Source of the DNA: Octopus vulgaris
Lineage: Eukaryota
Reading direction: 5' to 3'
NCBI GenBank assembly: GCA_951406725.2
Contig: OX597825.1
Location: 53,940,001-54,004,000 of the forward strand
DNA: 64,000 nt
Under the pieces are notes generated by a model. It saw only the letters and a list, made by a program, of their open reading frames with translations. It was not told where the DNA came from and did not search any database. Below, one piece after another: positions 26,401-40,584 of this stretch (its first letter is position 1; the number at the start of each line of letters is the position of its first letter). The position numbers and the translations under genes were made by a program.

Positions 26401-27023
26401 TTCTTATTTTCTTTCTTTAGTGAAAATATCTGGATTCCAAAGTTTTCTAGAAGACAAGGAATTCTCTTAAAATCTGATAGGATTAAATATTTCTCTCCAA
26501 CACATCAATTAATGGATCAAATGTAAACAATGGAGACGTGTCCAGTCATTTCACACAATTGAAAACAAGCACGGAACCACAGGATAACATAACGACAAAA
26601 CACATACACAAAATATTAATAAATAAAAGTACACATTTCCCACAACATACTGTCTGTTTTCCGGAATAAATCCAAGTTAGTGGATGGAAAAATATTTCGA
26701 CAAAATAATCCTGTTGTTTAGGGTTGTAAGAAATTAAATCCTTTTAAAAGTTTTACATATATAATATATCTATAATTGATATTTTCATCTTATAAGAGGA
26801 AATAAGGGAAATGTATATTTACATTGAAACACACTAATACCCAATTTCTGACCGTTTATGCATACATTAATCTATTTTATTTTCTTATTTATGTATTTAG
26901 CATGGCTTTTATTGTTTCTCTGTTTCTTTCATGTTGATGTTTCTTCTGTCTCTCCTCACAAATATATATACATATATATATATAGAGAGAAAGAGAGACA
27001 GGGAGGAAGAGAGAGATTGTGTT

Positions 27024-27058
<35 letters not shown>

Positions 27059-27151
27059 ATATATATATATATACACACACATATACATATAGATGGATAG
27101 ACTGATACAAATATGTATATATATGTGTATATATATATATATATGTGTGTG

Positions 27152-27214
<63 letters not shown>

Positions 27215-29119
27215 ATGTATGTATGTATTTACATTACTATCATTACGCACTTCTATACAAATATTTTGCCTTGGTGATTTTCTTCCATGTGAGCGATTTT
27301 ATAAAGAGATTAACTAAATTATTTCTTGGGATTACGCCCTGAAAAGGAATTTGTTTATTTTGGAACTAAGTATAATCTTCACATATATATATTACTGAAC
27401 TACCAAAACACTTTTATGCATAATTTTGTAAAGTGAAACCTCTCTGGAGACACAGAAGTAATAAAATGTTATATGCAATGTCAAGAAGAAATAATGTGTT
27501 CAACTGTTTACCATATTTCATGAGAGGCGGAACTTCTTCGTTCAGTACTGATTCTGTTTTTACTCAGATATTTTTCAGAAACACTGGATGATGATGAACG
27601 CGAACAATGTTTACAAATTTGTGGTACGAGCGAAGTCTTCAAATACAAATGATTTTGAAACCAAAACCTAGAGATCCCTAATGGATAATTGTTCTTATTA
27701 TTGTACTTGCTGTTTAGCCCCAAGTCAGCTTTCATAGAACAGGTCGATAATAAAACGCGTTTCTGTCGTGATTATCCGGTTCATTTCAAAGGAGAATGCA
27801 CCAAGGACCATACTATGGAAATCACCTTTGTTTTAGGAGAAAAAAAGGGGGATATTTTTCTATAATGAAATCTTTCTTTACTGTTTCAATTTGAGCGATG
27901 TCGAACATCTGCGTTACTTAGTTTAGTCTATGACAAATACATCTACGCTATATGAATCAATATCCATCATCCATGAAAATTGTAGGTATATCGCATGTGA
28001 TATTTTTAGACAATTAGTGACACCAATTTGCTTCAGACAACCAGTAAATCTTACACACCACTAAAAGTTCGAAGCATTTCGATCAGAAATGCAACCGAGC
28101 GGCAGCTGTATGTCATTCAACCATACGTTCCGTAAGCACAGAGTTTAATACATAAGGTATAATAAACTAAGGAAAATGCAGTAACTAAATAACCAATGCA
28201 CAGCCCCTATCCCGTATTCAGTTTCATATGAACTTACCCATCTTTGGTTCTTGACCCACAAATATTAAGAACTTTTGTGCAGTTGTGAAATCTGTGAAAT
28301 TCTGTGGATACCCCCTTTAAAATACATTCACTTTTATGATATAACCCAGCCATTGCCGCTAGATGGGTCTTGTAAAGAAAGACAAAGTTATTCAACATTT
28401 AGGCAATACAGCATCGTCTCCGATACAGAACGATCGACTTCCATGACAAGAATTCTTTTATTCTTTTACATGCTTGAGTGAGTAGACTATGGCCATTCAG
28501 GAACACTGCCTCTAACATTTAGACATCTAAATCAACACTAGTATATATTTTATGTCTGCTACCTACGGCAGTGTCCTCTTATTTGCCGACCGCTAAGCTA
28601 CGACGTAAACAAACCGCTGGCTGTAAAATGTGATAGGTAAACCACAATGTATTAGCTACCATCTCAAAAAACTCGTTTGTTGCATCAGAAAATAGAGTAG
28701 AAAATAACCTGCAAAATAGAATGTCTATGAGCGTAGGTCCACCAGGTCAGTGTTCACTTGGGGCTAAACAAAAACAACAACAACAACAACAACAATAGCA
28801 ACAGTAACAGTAACAATAACCAACTGGTTGGGCAAAATATATTACCTAAATAATATAAATTTCAACGTTACTTACAAAAGGAAAACAACAAAAAATGTAA
28901 TAAATGACAGGCAATACTTTACGGTATGATTGGTTGCTTTAACGATATTAGATTTAGAGAGAGGAAGAAAGGGGTGGAGGTCAGATATTGGAAACTTCCA
29001 GTTAAACCTTATTCAACAATAAAAGTTGTCTTTAAGACTAAAGAATCGACCGTAGTTTGACATTTAGTCAATATAATTTATCGGAATGACATCGTCGCCA
29101 TCGCCGTATAATAATAATG

Positions 29120-29208
<89 letters not shown>

Positions 29209-30238
29209 ATTTCACTCATTGGTCACAAGGCTTCTGCATACATATAAAGATACATGCATACATACATCCCTACCGCCATGCATACATACATTCATGCATC
29301 CATAATTACGTAGATACATGCACACAATAAACATATAAACGGAAGTTACACGCACATTAGGTAAAATAAATTATATGAAAACGAGTGTCGGAACAGGACG
29401 TTATGCAATAAATGACACAAGTTTAAAATGTATAAGGTGCAGAATGATTACATGGAATTTTTTTTAAATATGGGAAGCATACAAAAACTAAAGAGAATAT
29501 AAGCTTTAGAAATCTTTTGGCCTACAAAGGAATTTTCGGGGCAACGTCACAATTTGCCATTCCATCAATACTCGTATCCGAGTCAGGTGCATCAATGGTT
29601 TTCTTTAAGAAATTTTGCCTTCAGTAGATTATAGCACTTCTCAGGATCTCAAAATAGATTGCTTTATACCAATAGTCTATTTTCCTCCTATTTATAATGT
29701 TAAATTCTAATTACAAAATTATTGGTTCCTGCGGAGGAGACACACAATGCCCGGCTGCTGATTTCAAGAACTGCTTCCACCCACTACATTTACTGTAACT
29801 GAATGTTCTTTCGATACTACAGACCACTGATTTTATTTAAGCATTGTAACCTCTGTTTCATTTTACTATTCTCATATTATTTTCTTCAGGAAGCAAAAAC
29901 CCTCGATTAGTCTTTTCTATAACAAGAAAAAAGCTCGATTATTGCGCTACAACATCCATTTGGCGTAATTCCTCTCTGAGCTCTCAATTTGACACAGTTC
30001 CGGAGTGGCCTTTTCATTTTCAAAAATCATTAAATATTTTAGGTTTCTGTTGCTCCATACGGTCCACATGTCGCACTTAATTATTTCTTTGCTTAATACT
30101 TCTCTGTCTCCATAAGAATATGTCAAGCTTCCAGGTATCAATATCGCTGTTCGAGCAACTAAGCGTCACCGTTTTCGTTCTTTGAATGAAATACTGGGAC
30201 ACAAGTATACGGCTTAAAATATATATATATAATATAAA

Positions 30239-30296
<58 letters not shown>

Positions 30297-30326
30297 TATA
30301 TACATACGTATATGTACATACTTACA

Positions 30327-30368
<42 letters not shown>

Positions 30369-30369
30369 T

Positions 30370-30940
30370 ATGTGGGTACAGGTCGTCACGAAACGTGTAC
30401 AACGAATAAGTACGAAGCTCGAGTACAAGGAACATGAACTATTCTTTCGGACAAAGAAAGACACAAGTGAAAAACAAAACAAACAACATGAAGAAGGAAC
30501 CTTCATCAGCTGTTGTCTGTTTTTCTAGTCTCGTATTTCGGGCTTTTAACAATATATGCTTTCGATAAAACAGTTGTTTCCGTAATGCAAATTAAATAAA
30601 ATTTGAGATTTTGCGGTGATTCAAAATAGGTAACACATGTAGGACAGTGAAAACAAACAGGAAGGGCTGCTAAGCCTGAACGAGTTTGCGGTGCCGAACG
30701 CGTAAATCAAGCTAGGATAGGAGACAAACAAGAACACGTCTCCCTTGTTCCAGGTACAACGGAGCGAAAGCAAGGACGATGGCCGATGGTCACGTGGGAG
30801 CCACGTGAACAAGGGAGGAGGAGTGAATGAGAGAGTTACAGAGCAATAGGATAGAACAGTGAGAGAAGAGGAGGTAAAAGAATATGGCAGAGACAGAGAG
30901 AGAAAACGAAAGATTAGAAAGACAGTATTGAGTGCGCATC
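30370..30940. mobile_element. Probable non-coding retroelement fragment next to (TA)n
   Basis: GC-richer block starting at a TA tract. The minus strand has CTGATGAAGG...CCGAAAG reminiscent of Penelope pLTRs. No coding motif recognised. Confidence 0.3.
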
Positions 30941-31483
30941 AGCTATATATATTCCCTTACACCCGAATATATATATGTCAGATAATTTGTTTTGGGTTTT
31001 GCAAATGCCCCTGAATTTGAAAAACGTGTAGTTGTTTTAAAATAGATTTATTCACATACATAACAAGCGTGTTTCAACAGCCTTTTGTTTATCAATATTA
31101 CAAAAATACACAAAACAAGGGAATTTTAACATAGTTCAAAATTCCGAAGTAGAAATCGGTCAAACATGTTTAAGCGATCAAATGATCAAATGTTCACATA
31201 AAATTCAATGAGTTTCACAGGGATAGATATCAATGTAAATGTTCGGCGAAGATTATAACAAATGTACATTACTGAAAGCTCGTTCATATTGAGCCTTTTA
31301 TAAAATACATGGACAAGAGAGAGAAGAAAATAAGAAACGTGTAAAAAATCTTTTTTTTTTACAATCTCTGTCTTCATACGTATAGTTCGCTTTTACTTCT
31401 CGTTCTTCGCTTCGCTTTTCTCGGTGTTTTAACACACACACACACGTATATATATATATATATATATATATAAACATACAATA

Positions 31484-31632
31484 TATAAGGCAGAGTATAA
31501 AGTCAGCAACGTTTTGAAACATGAAATTCATCACAATATATTTCAACAAAGCGGAAATTTTATTCATCAAAGTAAGTACCATTACAATCAACACATGTTT
31601 GCCAACGAGTTACACGTTTGTTTATTCCGGTA
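31484..31632 (-). mobile_element. Mariner right end (TIR plus transposase C-terminus)
   Basis: Minus strand TGINKRVTRWQTCVDCNGTYFDE*. Terminal TAAGGCAGAGTATAAAGTCAGCAACGTTTT resembles the TIR at 34816. Confidence 0.7.
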
Positions 31633-32977
31633 ACATCATCCCATATTTTTTTATTGCTTTGATATATGGTGTTTTTCATTTTGTTTTTTGCAAGTCTTTT
31701 ACTTTACTTTGGCATCTGTCGGTTCATCATCCTCAAAAGAGAATGTGGCTGTACTGCTGCAAAGATACGGATTTGCTGACTTTTACTTCCGTTCGTTGTT
31801 ACTACCGTGAGCCACGTTTTACTCCTAATCCTGCTTCTTAAATACAGTCAGTCGTTTATAGTTAAGAAAGGTGTTTTCTGCTTTCAACTTCGCGTTCTGA
31901 TAATGAGCACGAATGATTTTCTCCACTGACTCCAGAGCTGCACCAGGATGCGAATCAGAAGCATTTCTGATTGATGTTACTTACTTTAAACCAGTTTTGG
32001 CACCACATATTGGAAATCTTTAACAATTGCATTGTAGTTGGAGTTCATATCCTCAATGGACAACCAGTTTTGCAGTCGGTACCCAATCTCTGGGATTGCT
32101 TTCTAACTCGTGGACCTATGAAGAATACCATGTTTATGCTGACCCACATTCAATCACATATCACAGCATTAAATTGATGTTATTTAATAACAACTTTCTT
32201 TAAAAGACAGCGAAACTTATATAACTGAATATAGAGTAGTAGGATTTCCTCGAAAAGAAAAATGAACCTGTTCTATATGAGAAAACATACACATGAAATA
32301 CGATCTAAAATCTATAACACATTAAGTTTCTATTTCCTAAGTTTTTGCACACAAAATGGAAAATATATTAATTTAGAATATATTCTATGAAAAAACTATA
32401 TCACCCTAGAGTATGCATGTATGAATGATATATTACAACGCCCAAAATCTTTCTTATAGAGTACAGTTTCGACTCAAACTATTCCCGAAATTCTTATGAA
32501 GATTTTATAAATCAGATATTATGTATTGTTAAGTGTATATACAATCAATACATTTGCATTACGACCTCCATTCTAATACTTCTGAACCCATAGCAGATTT
32601 CAATTTTAAACGTCAGATATACCATCCCTATTACAGTACGTCTAGGAATTATGCTCTCAACTCTTTAATCACTCTGTAACAAGTGATTACGTATAATGAG
32701 TGCACTCGTTACTAGTACTATGTAAATGATTGTACGGAGCAATAATAGATTGATGTACTTCTATCCATATTTTCCGTATCTTTCAACAGGAAACTAATCT
32801 GTGCCTGAGACAGGTTGTATCATCATTTATCCTTTCATATTTAGATTACAATGAATACTACTCTACTGAGATGACTGGCCTTCTGTTATGTCAAGTCAGG
32901 ATCTCCTGAACAATCTTTTTTATACACTCATCGCTATATACATTCTTAGACATGCATGTATCTATGTGCATGTCTAC

Positions 32978-33367
32978 ATGATGGATCTCGGAATGTCCAC
33001 GATTAGTATCATGGAAACTGTCCGACACAATACGTACGAGACTTAACAAAAATAAGTTCTGGGGTCGATTCATTAGACTGAAAATTCTTCAAGTCGGTGC
33101 CCAAGCATGGCCACAATCTAATGACTGAAATGTAAAAATTAGGATAAAATTTACATGTTTGTGTGTATGTCTGCATACATACATATATATTTTGTCCTAA
33201 TTCTTACATGTTTCAGCCATTGAACTGTGGCCATGCTTGGGCACCGACTTGAAGAATTTTCAGTCGAATGAGTAGGCCACAATACTTATTTTTTGTTAAG
33301 TCTGGTACGCATTGTATCGGGCTATTTTTGTGATACCAATGATGGACGCTCCGAGATACATCATCAT
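32978..33367. repeat. Long fold-back: inverted duplication of a SINE-C tail plus flank (~175 bp arms, ~38 bp spacer)
   Basis: 33076-33115 is the exact reverse complement of 33226-33265 (40/40). The arms align with mismatches out to 32978 and 33367. Confidence 0.92.
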
Positions 33368-34764
33368 TTCTGGCAAGTAACTAGTTTCGAATCACTCAAA
33401 GTCAAACACTCTCAACCTGCAGGTCTTACCGGAGCATGTCAAGTACATCGTATATTTGCATAGATATGTGTGTATGTGTGTGTGTGCGTCATTGTGTACA
33501 TATATATATATAATCACACACGCACACACATATATACATATACCTATGTATATATTAAATAAATATATATATATTAAATAATTTAAATACATAAACACAT
33601 ACATGCATATACAGGCATACATGTAGCAATTATTCTCCTTTAAATCACTGGAAACAAAAACGATTTTTTTATCACCTCGTCAAAAAGTAAAAAACTAATT
33701 ACAAAGAATGGCATGTTCTTATAATTCCATGACTTCTCTGTGCAAAACATTTAAATGCACTTTTTACACCAATACTTTTCATTAAATATTCATTCTGTTT
33801 TCCTATTTACTATATTCATTGTGATATTTTCAATCAAAAGTGAAATTGTATTGACTCTGTATGTTTTTCAATCTCGAATAGCTACTGATGATTTTTTTAA
33901 ATAAATTGTAACACCCTATAAGTAAAATCTTTAACGAATCTTGCATAGATTTGTGACTTCTTCTGTTACATCGGTGTAAATACCACATCCTTAACAGATA
34001 TTACATAACAGCTAATTTTTAATTATATGATGTTCATTCAATTTTCTTACAAATTTCCAATATTTCAAATTTTGACTTCATATAATTTGTGAACGTTCGC
34101 ATTTTTTAAAATTTGCACTTATGCTTTAATAGTGAGTGATAATTCTTATAGGTGTTCCTTTCAACACAATGCTTTTAGACTACAGTAAATAACATGCCAC
34201 TTTCAAGAATTGATATATTGGTTAGCAGCAACACAAAAATACAGCGATCATTGTTCCATCTTCTTCTCCATATACCAAATTCAATTCTAAACCAAAACTT
34301 CAAACAAAATATATGATCAATCGATTAAAAGTTCTCTTTTCTCTAAAATAACGTAGACTTCGACAAACTAGATTTTTAGCAATCGCTTTTTAAGATAGAA
34401 ATCATAAGACCACCCATCTGTCACCCTTTAACATGTAACAGCAATTCTTAGCATCATTTCATGTTACATAACTAACTTCAATCCCAAAAGTAGAGCGGCA
34501 TTCAAACTGCTAGAAGTTGGTGCAGAATTCCTTATATACAATTTCCTTTAATTTTAGACAATGAACAAAAATATTATACAGTATTATTATATATAACGTA
34601 TATAGGCAACATAGTCACGAATGGAGCGTCTTTTATTTTGGGATTCAGTTAAATATTTTCCCAACAGCATAGTTATTTTATTAAGTTGTCAAGGACAACT
34701 TTGCTTCAAAATCTCTCCTTTCTTTAGAAGAAGCAGCATAAATAAAGTGTTAGCATATTTGTTA

Positions 34765-34815
<51 letters not shown>

Positions 34816-34819
<4 letters not shown>

Positions 34820-35890
34820 GTTGAGTAAAAAATAAGCAACGTTTTTAGGCACGAAGAATTTTTACCGGAGTGTTGCAGAGTATTCAATCTTTTTTAAACG
34901 TTATTTTGAAATTTACGGGCGATGCAGACATACACTTGCCCAAATGTATCAATAAATTAATTTCATCGTTGTTGTAATCATCTGAAATGGAACTGCCAAA
35001 GCTTCAAGAAAAGACGTAAAGCGGCTGAAAGTTCTCGCGATATCAATGATACGTTTGGTGAGAAAATGACCAGTGAGTGGTCAGCTTGAAAATGCTTTAA
35101 GCGATTTTGCAGTGGAGACATGAGCCTTGAAGATCGTGAGCGTAGTGGACGCCCATCTGTCATCGATGACGGTCAAGTAAAGACCTTCATTGAGAAAGAT
35201 ACACGTGAAACCACCGGAAAACTGGCGAAAGAAATCTTCCTGCAACCAATTGTATGCGATCGGAAAATCAAAACAGCTCGTCAAATGGGTACCCCACGAT
35301 TCTGAATGAAAATCAGAAAATGCGCAGGTAAGAAATTTGCTCGTCGCTTCTACTTCATAACCAGACCGACACATTTCTTCATCGTATTTTAAATTGCGAT
35401 GAAAAGTGGATTCTGTACAATAATAAAGAAACGCTTTTCGCAGTGTGGTTGAACTAAAATGAAGCACCGAAAACCTTCCCTAAACCCAATCTCTTCAAAA
35501 AACATTGTTATGGTGACTGTTTGGTGGTATACTGCTTGACTCGTCCGCTATAACATCTTAAAAACCGGAAAAACCATTACTGCAAGAACATATTGCATTG
35601 GAATTGCCAAAATGAACGAAGAACTGCTACTCCTCCGTCGTAGACAGGTCAACAGAAGAAGACCAATCATTCTTCATGATAATGCTCGACCATACGTTTC
35701 ACTAATGACGTTCCAAAAATTGCGGGAACTCGGCTACGATGTTCTCCCCCACGCAGCTTATTCCCCCAGACCTTTCTCCTACCGACTGCCACTTTTTCAA
35801 GCACCTTGATGGTTTCCTGCGAGAGTAGGAGTTCAAAAATAAAACCGATGCTGAAAGTGCGTTCAAAGAGTTTATCAGCTCCAGAACTAC
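34816..35890 (+). mobile_element. Mariner (DD34D) transposon, pseudogenised, 3'-truncated
   Basis: TIR TCAGGTTGAGTAAAAAATAAGCAACG after (TA)n. Motifs [44 protein letters not shown] (34 residues between D2 and D3 after correcting one frameshift). Confidence 0.93.
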
Positions 35891-36293
35891 ATACCCAATA
35901 AGATATTGGATGATGGTCCAATATTCCGAGAAGTGGAAACATCTCGGGTGAAGAAACATGCATCTCCTAAATAGAGAAGCCCAAACCACATGAGAAGGAA
36001 GCTAGTTAACTTCCTTAGATTTGAATTACCCATTTGTTAGGCCATTTGTGAGAATGAATCTTACACACGGAATCTCGGAAGGAGATACGTTTGAAAAACA
36101 TGGGATTAAATTACACGAGTTACGCAGTAAATTACTGATACACATTTTTACGAGCTCTTGCATATGTACTCATCGCAGGTGCAAGAGTACATTTGGGAAG
36201 TATTTGACTTGAAAAGCATTGAAAACAATATACCTGAAGAAAGGCAAAGTCGACCTCGGCGGAATTTGAACTCAGAACATAACGACAGACGAA

Positions 36294-36302
36294 ATAATAA
36301 TA

Positions 36303-36353
<51 letters not shown>

Positions 36354-36382
36354 TTAATAATAATAATAATAATAATAATATG

Positions 36383-36415
<33 letters not shown>

Positions 36416-36622
36416 GTCATCGTTGTTGTTTTTGTTGTTGTTGATGATGATGATGATGATGATGATGACGACGACGATGATGATGATGACGATGATGATG
36501 ATGACGATGTTGCTGCTATTGCTGTTGTGGTTATAATTATTAGTTGTAGTAGCTGTAGTAGTAAAAGTAGAAGTAGTAGCAGCAGCGGTTGTAATACTGA
36601 CAGCAGCAGTAGTGGCAGTGGC

Positions 36623-36654
<32 letters not shown>

Positions 36655-36673
36655 GAGGAGGAGGAGGAGGAGG
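36294..36673. repeat. Compound trinucleotide array (AAT)(ATT)(GTT)(GAT/GAC)(AGT/AGC)(GGA)
   Basis: Directly visible. Preceded by a SINE-B fragment on the minus strand (~36235-36292). Confidence 0.93.
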
Positions 36674-37158
36674 GGTGTTGATACTTTTGTAGTTGTTCCG
36701 AAGCCTTACGTTCCGTAGATGAAATCACAATAGCAGTATTTTGTCGTTCTTCCTAAGAGATACATAAGATAAACTATCAGTCAAGCACTGAGATGCATTT
36801 AAAAGAATCACCCCTGACCTATATACACCCACGTTTGTGTTTGTACGTATGTGCGTATGTGATAGGTTTCTGTGCATCTGTGTGTGGGGAGATGCACTTT
36901 CCTGCGTGGCCATTTATGCGTTTATCACTGGCAATGTGGGAGGTTGATATGTCGGTGTGATCGTACCGTATGTAAGAGAAAAGTGTAGAGAGAATGAGTG
37001 GGAGGATGAAGCTGGTGTGAGTGTGAGGTTGAAAAGAAGTTAAAGGGAGTGTGAAAAAGTGATATAAATTTGTAAAAGTAAATAGTAATATTTATTGTAG
37101 TGAGCACAGCCAGCTAAAAGCAAAAGACGAATAATTTGAAATAATATATGTGTGTGTT

Positions 37159-37211
<53 letters not shown>

Positions 37212-37711
37212 GTGTATGCATGTATCTATGTATGTATGTATGTATCGGGTGTGTGGAGTGAGAAAGAAAGAAGGAGAGAAGAGACAGAAAGAAATAGAGA
37301 GAGAGGGTTACAGGATAAATGTAAAGTTTGGAAGTAATGTTGTAGCGCCTAGTAGCAATTGCAGATCGTGAAAGCAGGCTGAAACCTGTTATAAATACAG
37401 AGAGAAAAGAAAATGGATTTTGTTAAACATATTTTTTTAGACATTGATCCTAAGCCGGGAGAAAGGGGGGAGGGAATCCAGGGGTAAATTTTAGCGATGA
37501 AATATACCGAGGAGACAACGTCAGAAAAGCGGAAGCTACCTGTTATCAAGATGAAGATAAATGTGGTGAAGAGAGGATCGAGAGAGGAGGATGAAACATG
37601 GGAGATAATTAGAAGTTGAACGAAAAATCCGTCTGTTCATGCTGATTATTGTGTAAATTTGAGCGTGTACAAGCAGGCTAGCAAAGCCAGTGAAATATAT
37701 ATATATATATG

Positions 37712-37920
37712 CTGAGAATTTACAAAAAAACAAAAGACGAAGACGGATGTGTAAACAACAAGCAGATGTGTTAATTTAATCCTCGGGAAGTGAGAAAGTG
37801 TTTTAGGTTTCGAGCCTACGATCTTCAACAGGGAGAGAAAACAGAAAAAGTTATAGTGGCTAGCGATCTATCATGGCGATGGCCGGACAGAGGTGTCACA
37901 CAGGAGAGCTGGGAAGAAGT
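37712..37920 (-). mobile_element. Family P1 element, copy 3
   Basis: CAAAAGACGAAG...TTTCGAGCCTACGATCTTCAACAG...GCTAGCGATCTAT, homologous to 12890-13088. Confidence 0.6.
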
Positions 37921-37964
37921 TAATGCCATTTTGTTTAGGACAGGTATAATTACGAACACCTGAA

Positions 37965-38268
37965 GTTTCACGCAATAGCAATATTTCCCTTTCGAATGAG
38001 AGCATGTAAACCGGCCCCGTAAAATTGTCTTGAGCTACTTCTTCACTACAGTTTTCACTTCTCCGTCACTGGACTATTATTGTGACTGGACTATCATCTC
38101 TTCGACCCCATGAAAGAGGGTTTGAAAGGCAAACATTATTCCAGTGACGAGGAAGTGAAAACTGTAGTGAAGAAGTGGCTGAAAGAACAGTCAACAGAAT
38201 TTTACGGGGTAGGATACATGCTCTCATTCGAAGGTGGAATGTTCCTATTGAGAGAAACGGTGAGTATG
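37965..38268 (+). mobile_element. Mariner transposase C-terminal fragment with its own inverted duplicate (fold-back)
   Basis: DYHLFDPMKEGLKGKHYSSDEEVKTVVKKWLKEQSTEFY..HALIRRWNVPIERNGEY at ~38089-38268. 37965-38073 is the reverse complement of 38140-38258. Confidence 0.85.
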
Positions 38269-38519
38269 AATATATATATATATATATACATGTAGGATAA
38301 ATTTTTTCCAAAATAAATTTTCATCAAAAGTGGCAACATATTAAAATACCTTTAAATGTGAAAATTATAAATATTATTTATAAACAAGGGCAAAAGCAAG
38401 AGATTTATATGCAAAAATGCTGGGAATAGACTTTTAGTTGTCAATCACCAAATTATAATATACATTATATATTGTATATACAGACATGTATATATGCATG
38501 AATGTATATATATAAAATA

Positions 38520-38775
38520 AATAATAAATGCGCCCTTTTAAATCCTAGGGAGGCTCATAGGCCAGGTTTTCTGGTTTCAATGGCGCATGTGTTCCCCAGC
38601 TTGATGGGAGGCCAGTCCATCGCAGCGTTATTCATTTTTGCTAGCTGAGTGAACTGGAGCAATGTGAATTGAAGTGTTTTGCTCAAGAACACAACGCGTC
38701 GCCCGGTCCAGGAATCGAAACCACAATCTTACGATCATGATGCTGACAACCTAACCACTAAGCTACGCGCTTCCA
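38520..38775 (-). mobile_element. tRNA-derived SINE (family A-related), full-length-like with (TTA)n tail
   Basis: Minus strand: GCGCGTAGCTTAGTGGTTAGG..GGTTTCGATTCC..GTTGTGTTCTTGAGCAAAACACTT..CTGCGATGGACTGGCCTCCCATC..GAAACCAG..TTATTATT. Confidence 0.78.
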
Positions 38776-39337
38776 CAGATATATATATATATATACATAT
38801 ATACATACGTACATACATACATACATACATGCATACATGCATACATGCATACATACATACATACATACATACATACATACATACATACATACATACATAC
38901 ATACATACATGCATATGTACATACACATAAATACACGTCCTGTCACTGATTATATTGGAGTTAATATAAGTGGATAGATTGCCTTGGTGTGAAATACTAA
39001 AGTACACCCAACATTCAACCACATGACACTAGAGAAGCTTCAAATGATGTATTCATCTCAAAGTTGTAATAGATGTTTCTTATGATACATCACGGTTACA
39101 GGCAAGAAATTAATTTTCATAATAGCTGAAAATATTGAAAATTGTACATTATTTCAAAAGTGTAGGAAATGTCATGTTGATTTGTGAATCATTTATCTTT
39201 GCATTTGTATGTAATCATGCGCCGTATGTAATGCTGATTTAGTGCAAAGAGACCTCCTAGTGCATTGTTAACTCCAACACATGTAAGTGCATGCATCCAT
39301 GTATAGATACAAACACATACATACATATGTATATACT

Positions 39338-39403
<66 letters not shown>

Positions 39404-39459
39404 TGGATATAGAGATAAGTATATATACATAGAGATATACAGACACACACACACACACA

Positions 39460-39524
<65 letters not shown>

Positions 39525-40178
39525 GTACATACATGTATGTGTACATACTTGCTTAAGGTTTATATGTACATGCGTATCTATTTAGAATATATAAATATAT
39601 GTATACATCTGTATTTATATATAGAGGAATACTTACCTAACTGTCGAGCTACTTATATGTTTGTATGTCGGTGTGCATGTAGGTATACATAGAGTTACAC
39701 ACGTATATACACTCACATGAACATCTATGCGTTAATCTACATTATTACAAAATACTTTATATAAACATACTTCAAAACTGAATTCAGAGATAAGTCGATT
39801 CTTTTCAATAGTTAACCATATTTATTTGCTAAGAATAAATTTAACACTAATCTAAAATGTTGCAGTTATTTAGCCTCGTCCGACATGAGTTTTTCCAAAG
39901 AAAATGTATAGTTATAGCAGAGGTATTCTTAATGTGACGAGATGAGCTATGCCTGTAAACGTAGAATGAAGTGTAAAAATTCTGTAGAGAAACAAGATCT
40001 CGATGATCATAAATATGAGGCACAATACATATAGGATTCGAGCAATGATTAATATTCTTGACAGCTGTTGCTAATACGTTAAATGTGAAAGAGTTTTAGC
40101 GTATATGTATTTCTGTTTTACATGATAGTTTTAGTAAATGATAGATGTAAGATACGTATATGATAGGTGTAAAATACG

Positions 40179-40273
<95 letters not shown>

Positions 40274-40584
40274 TTGTGTGTGTGTGTATGTATGTATGTA
40301 TATATATATATATGTATATATATATATGTGTGTGTGTATTTCGTTTTTGGATTTGCTTTGCCAAATTCTTTTTTGCTAGTTCGTCTGTTGAAGCATATTC
40401 TGTTGTGTCTGGAGAGAGTCATTTTTTTGTGCCTTATAATGTAACATACTCACCGGTAAAATTTCCACTTATTTCTTATTTTTACTTTCCTAACATTTTC
40501 GTTGCGTCTTGCAACCTTTTCAATAGTTGTTGATTGTCCATTATTTACACTGCCTTTCTTTTTGTTTGTTTGTGCGCATGTGTG

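Noticed and set aside
27508-27735. Minus-strand WFQN after an AG, resembling homeodomain helix 3
   Set aside because: The context is FWFQNHLYLK with no RR/K basic tail and no helix 1-2 exon found; probably chance.
30440-30515. Minus-strand CTGATGAAGG...CCGAAAG hammerhead with long loop 2
   Set aside because: Stems I and III could not be paired convincingly in this single copy; a family consensus is needed.
36158-36718. 186 aa low-complexity ORF
   Set aside because: A SINE fragment plus a compound microsatellite, with no splice or domain evidence.
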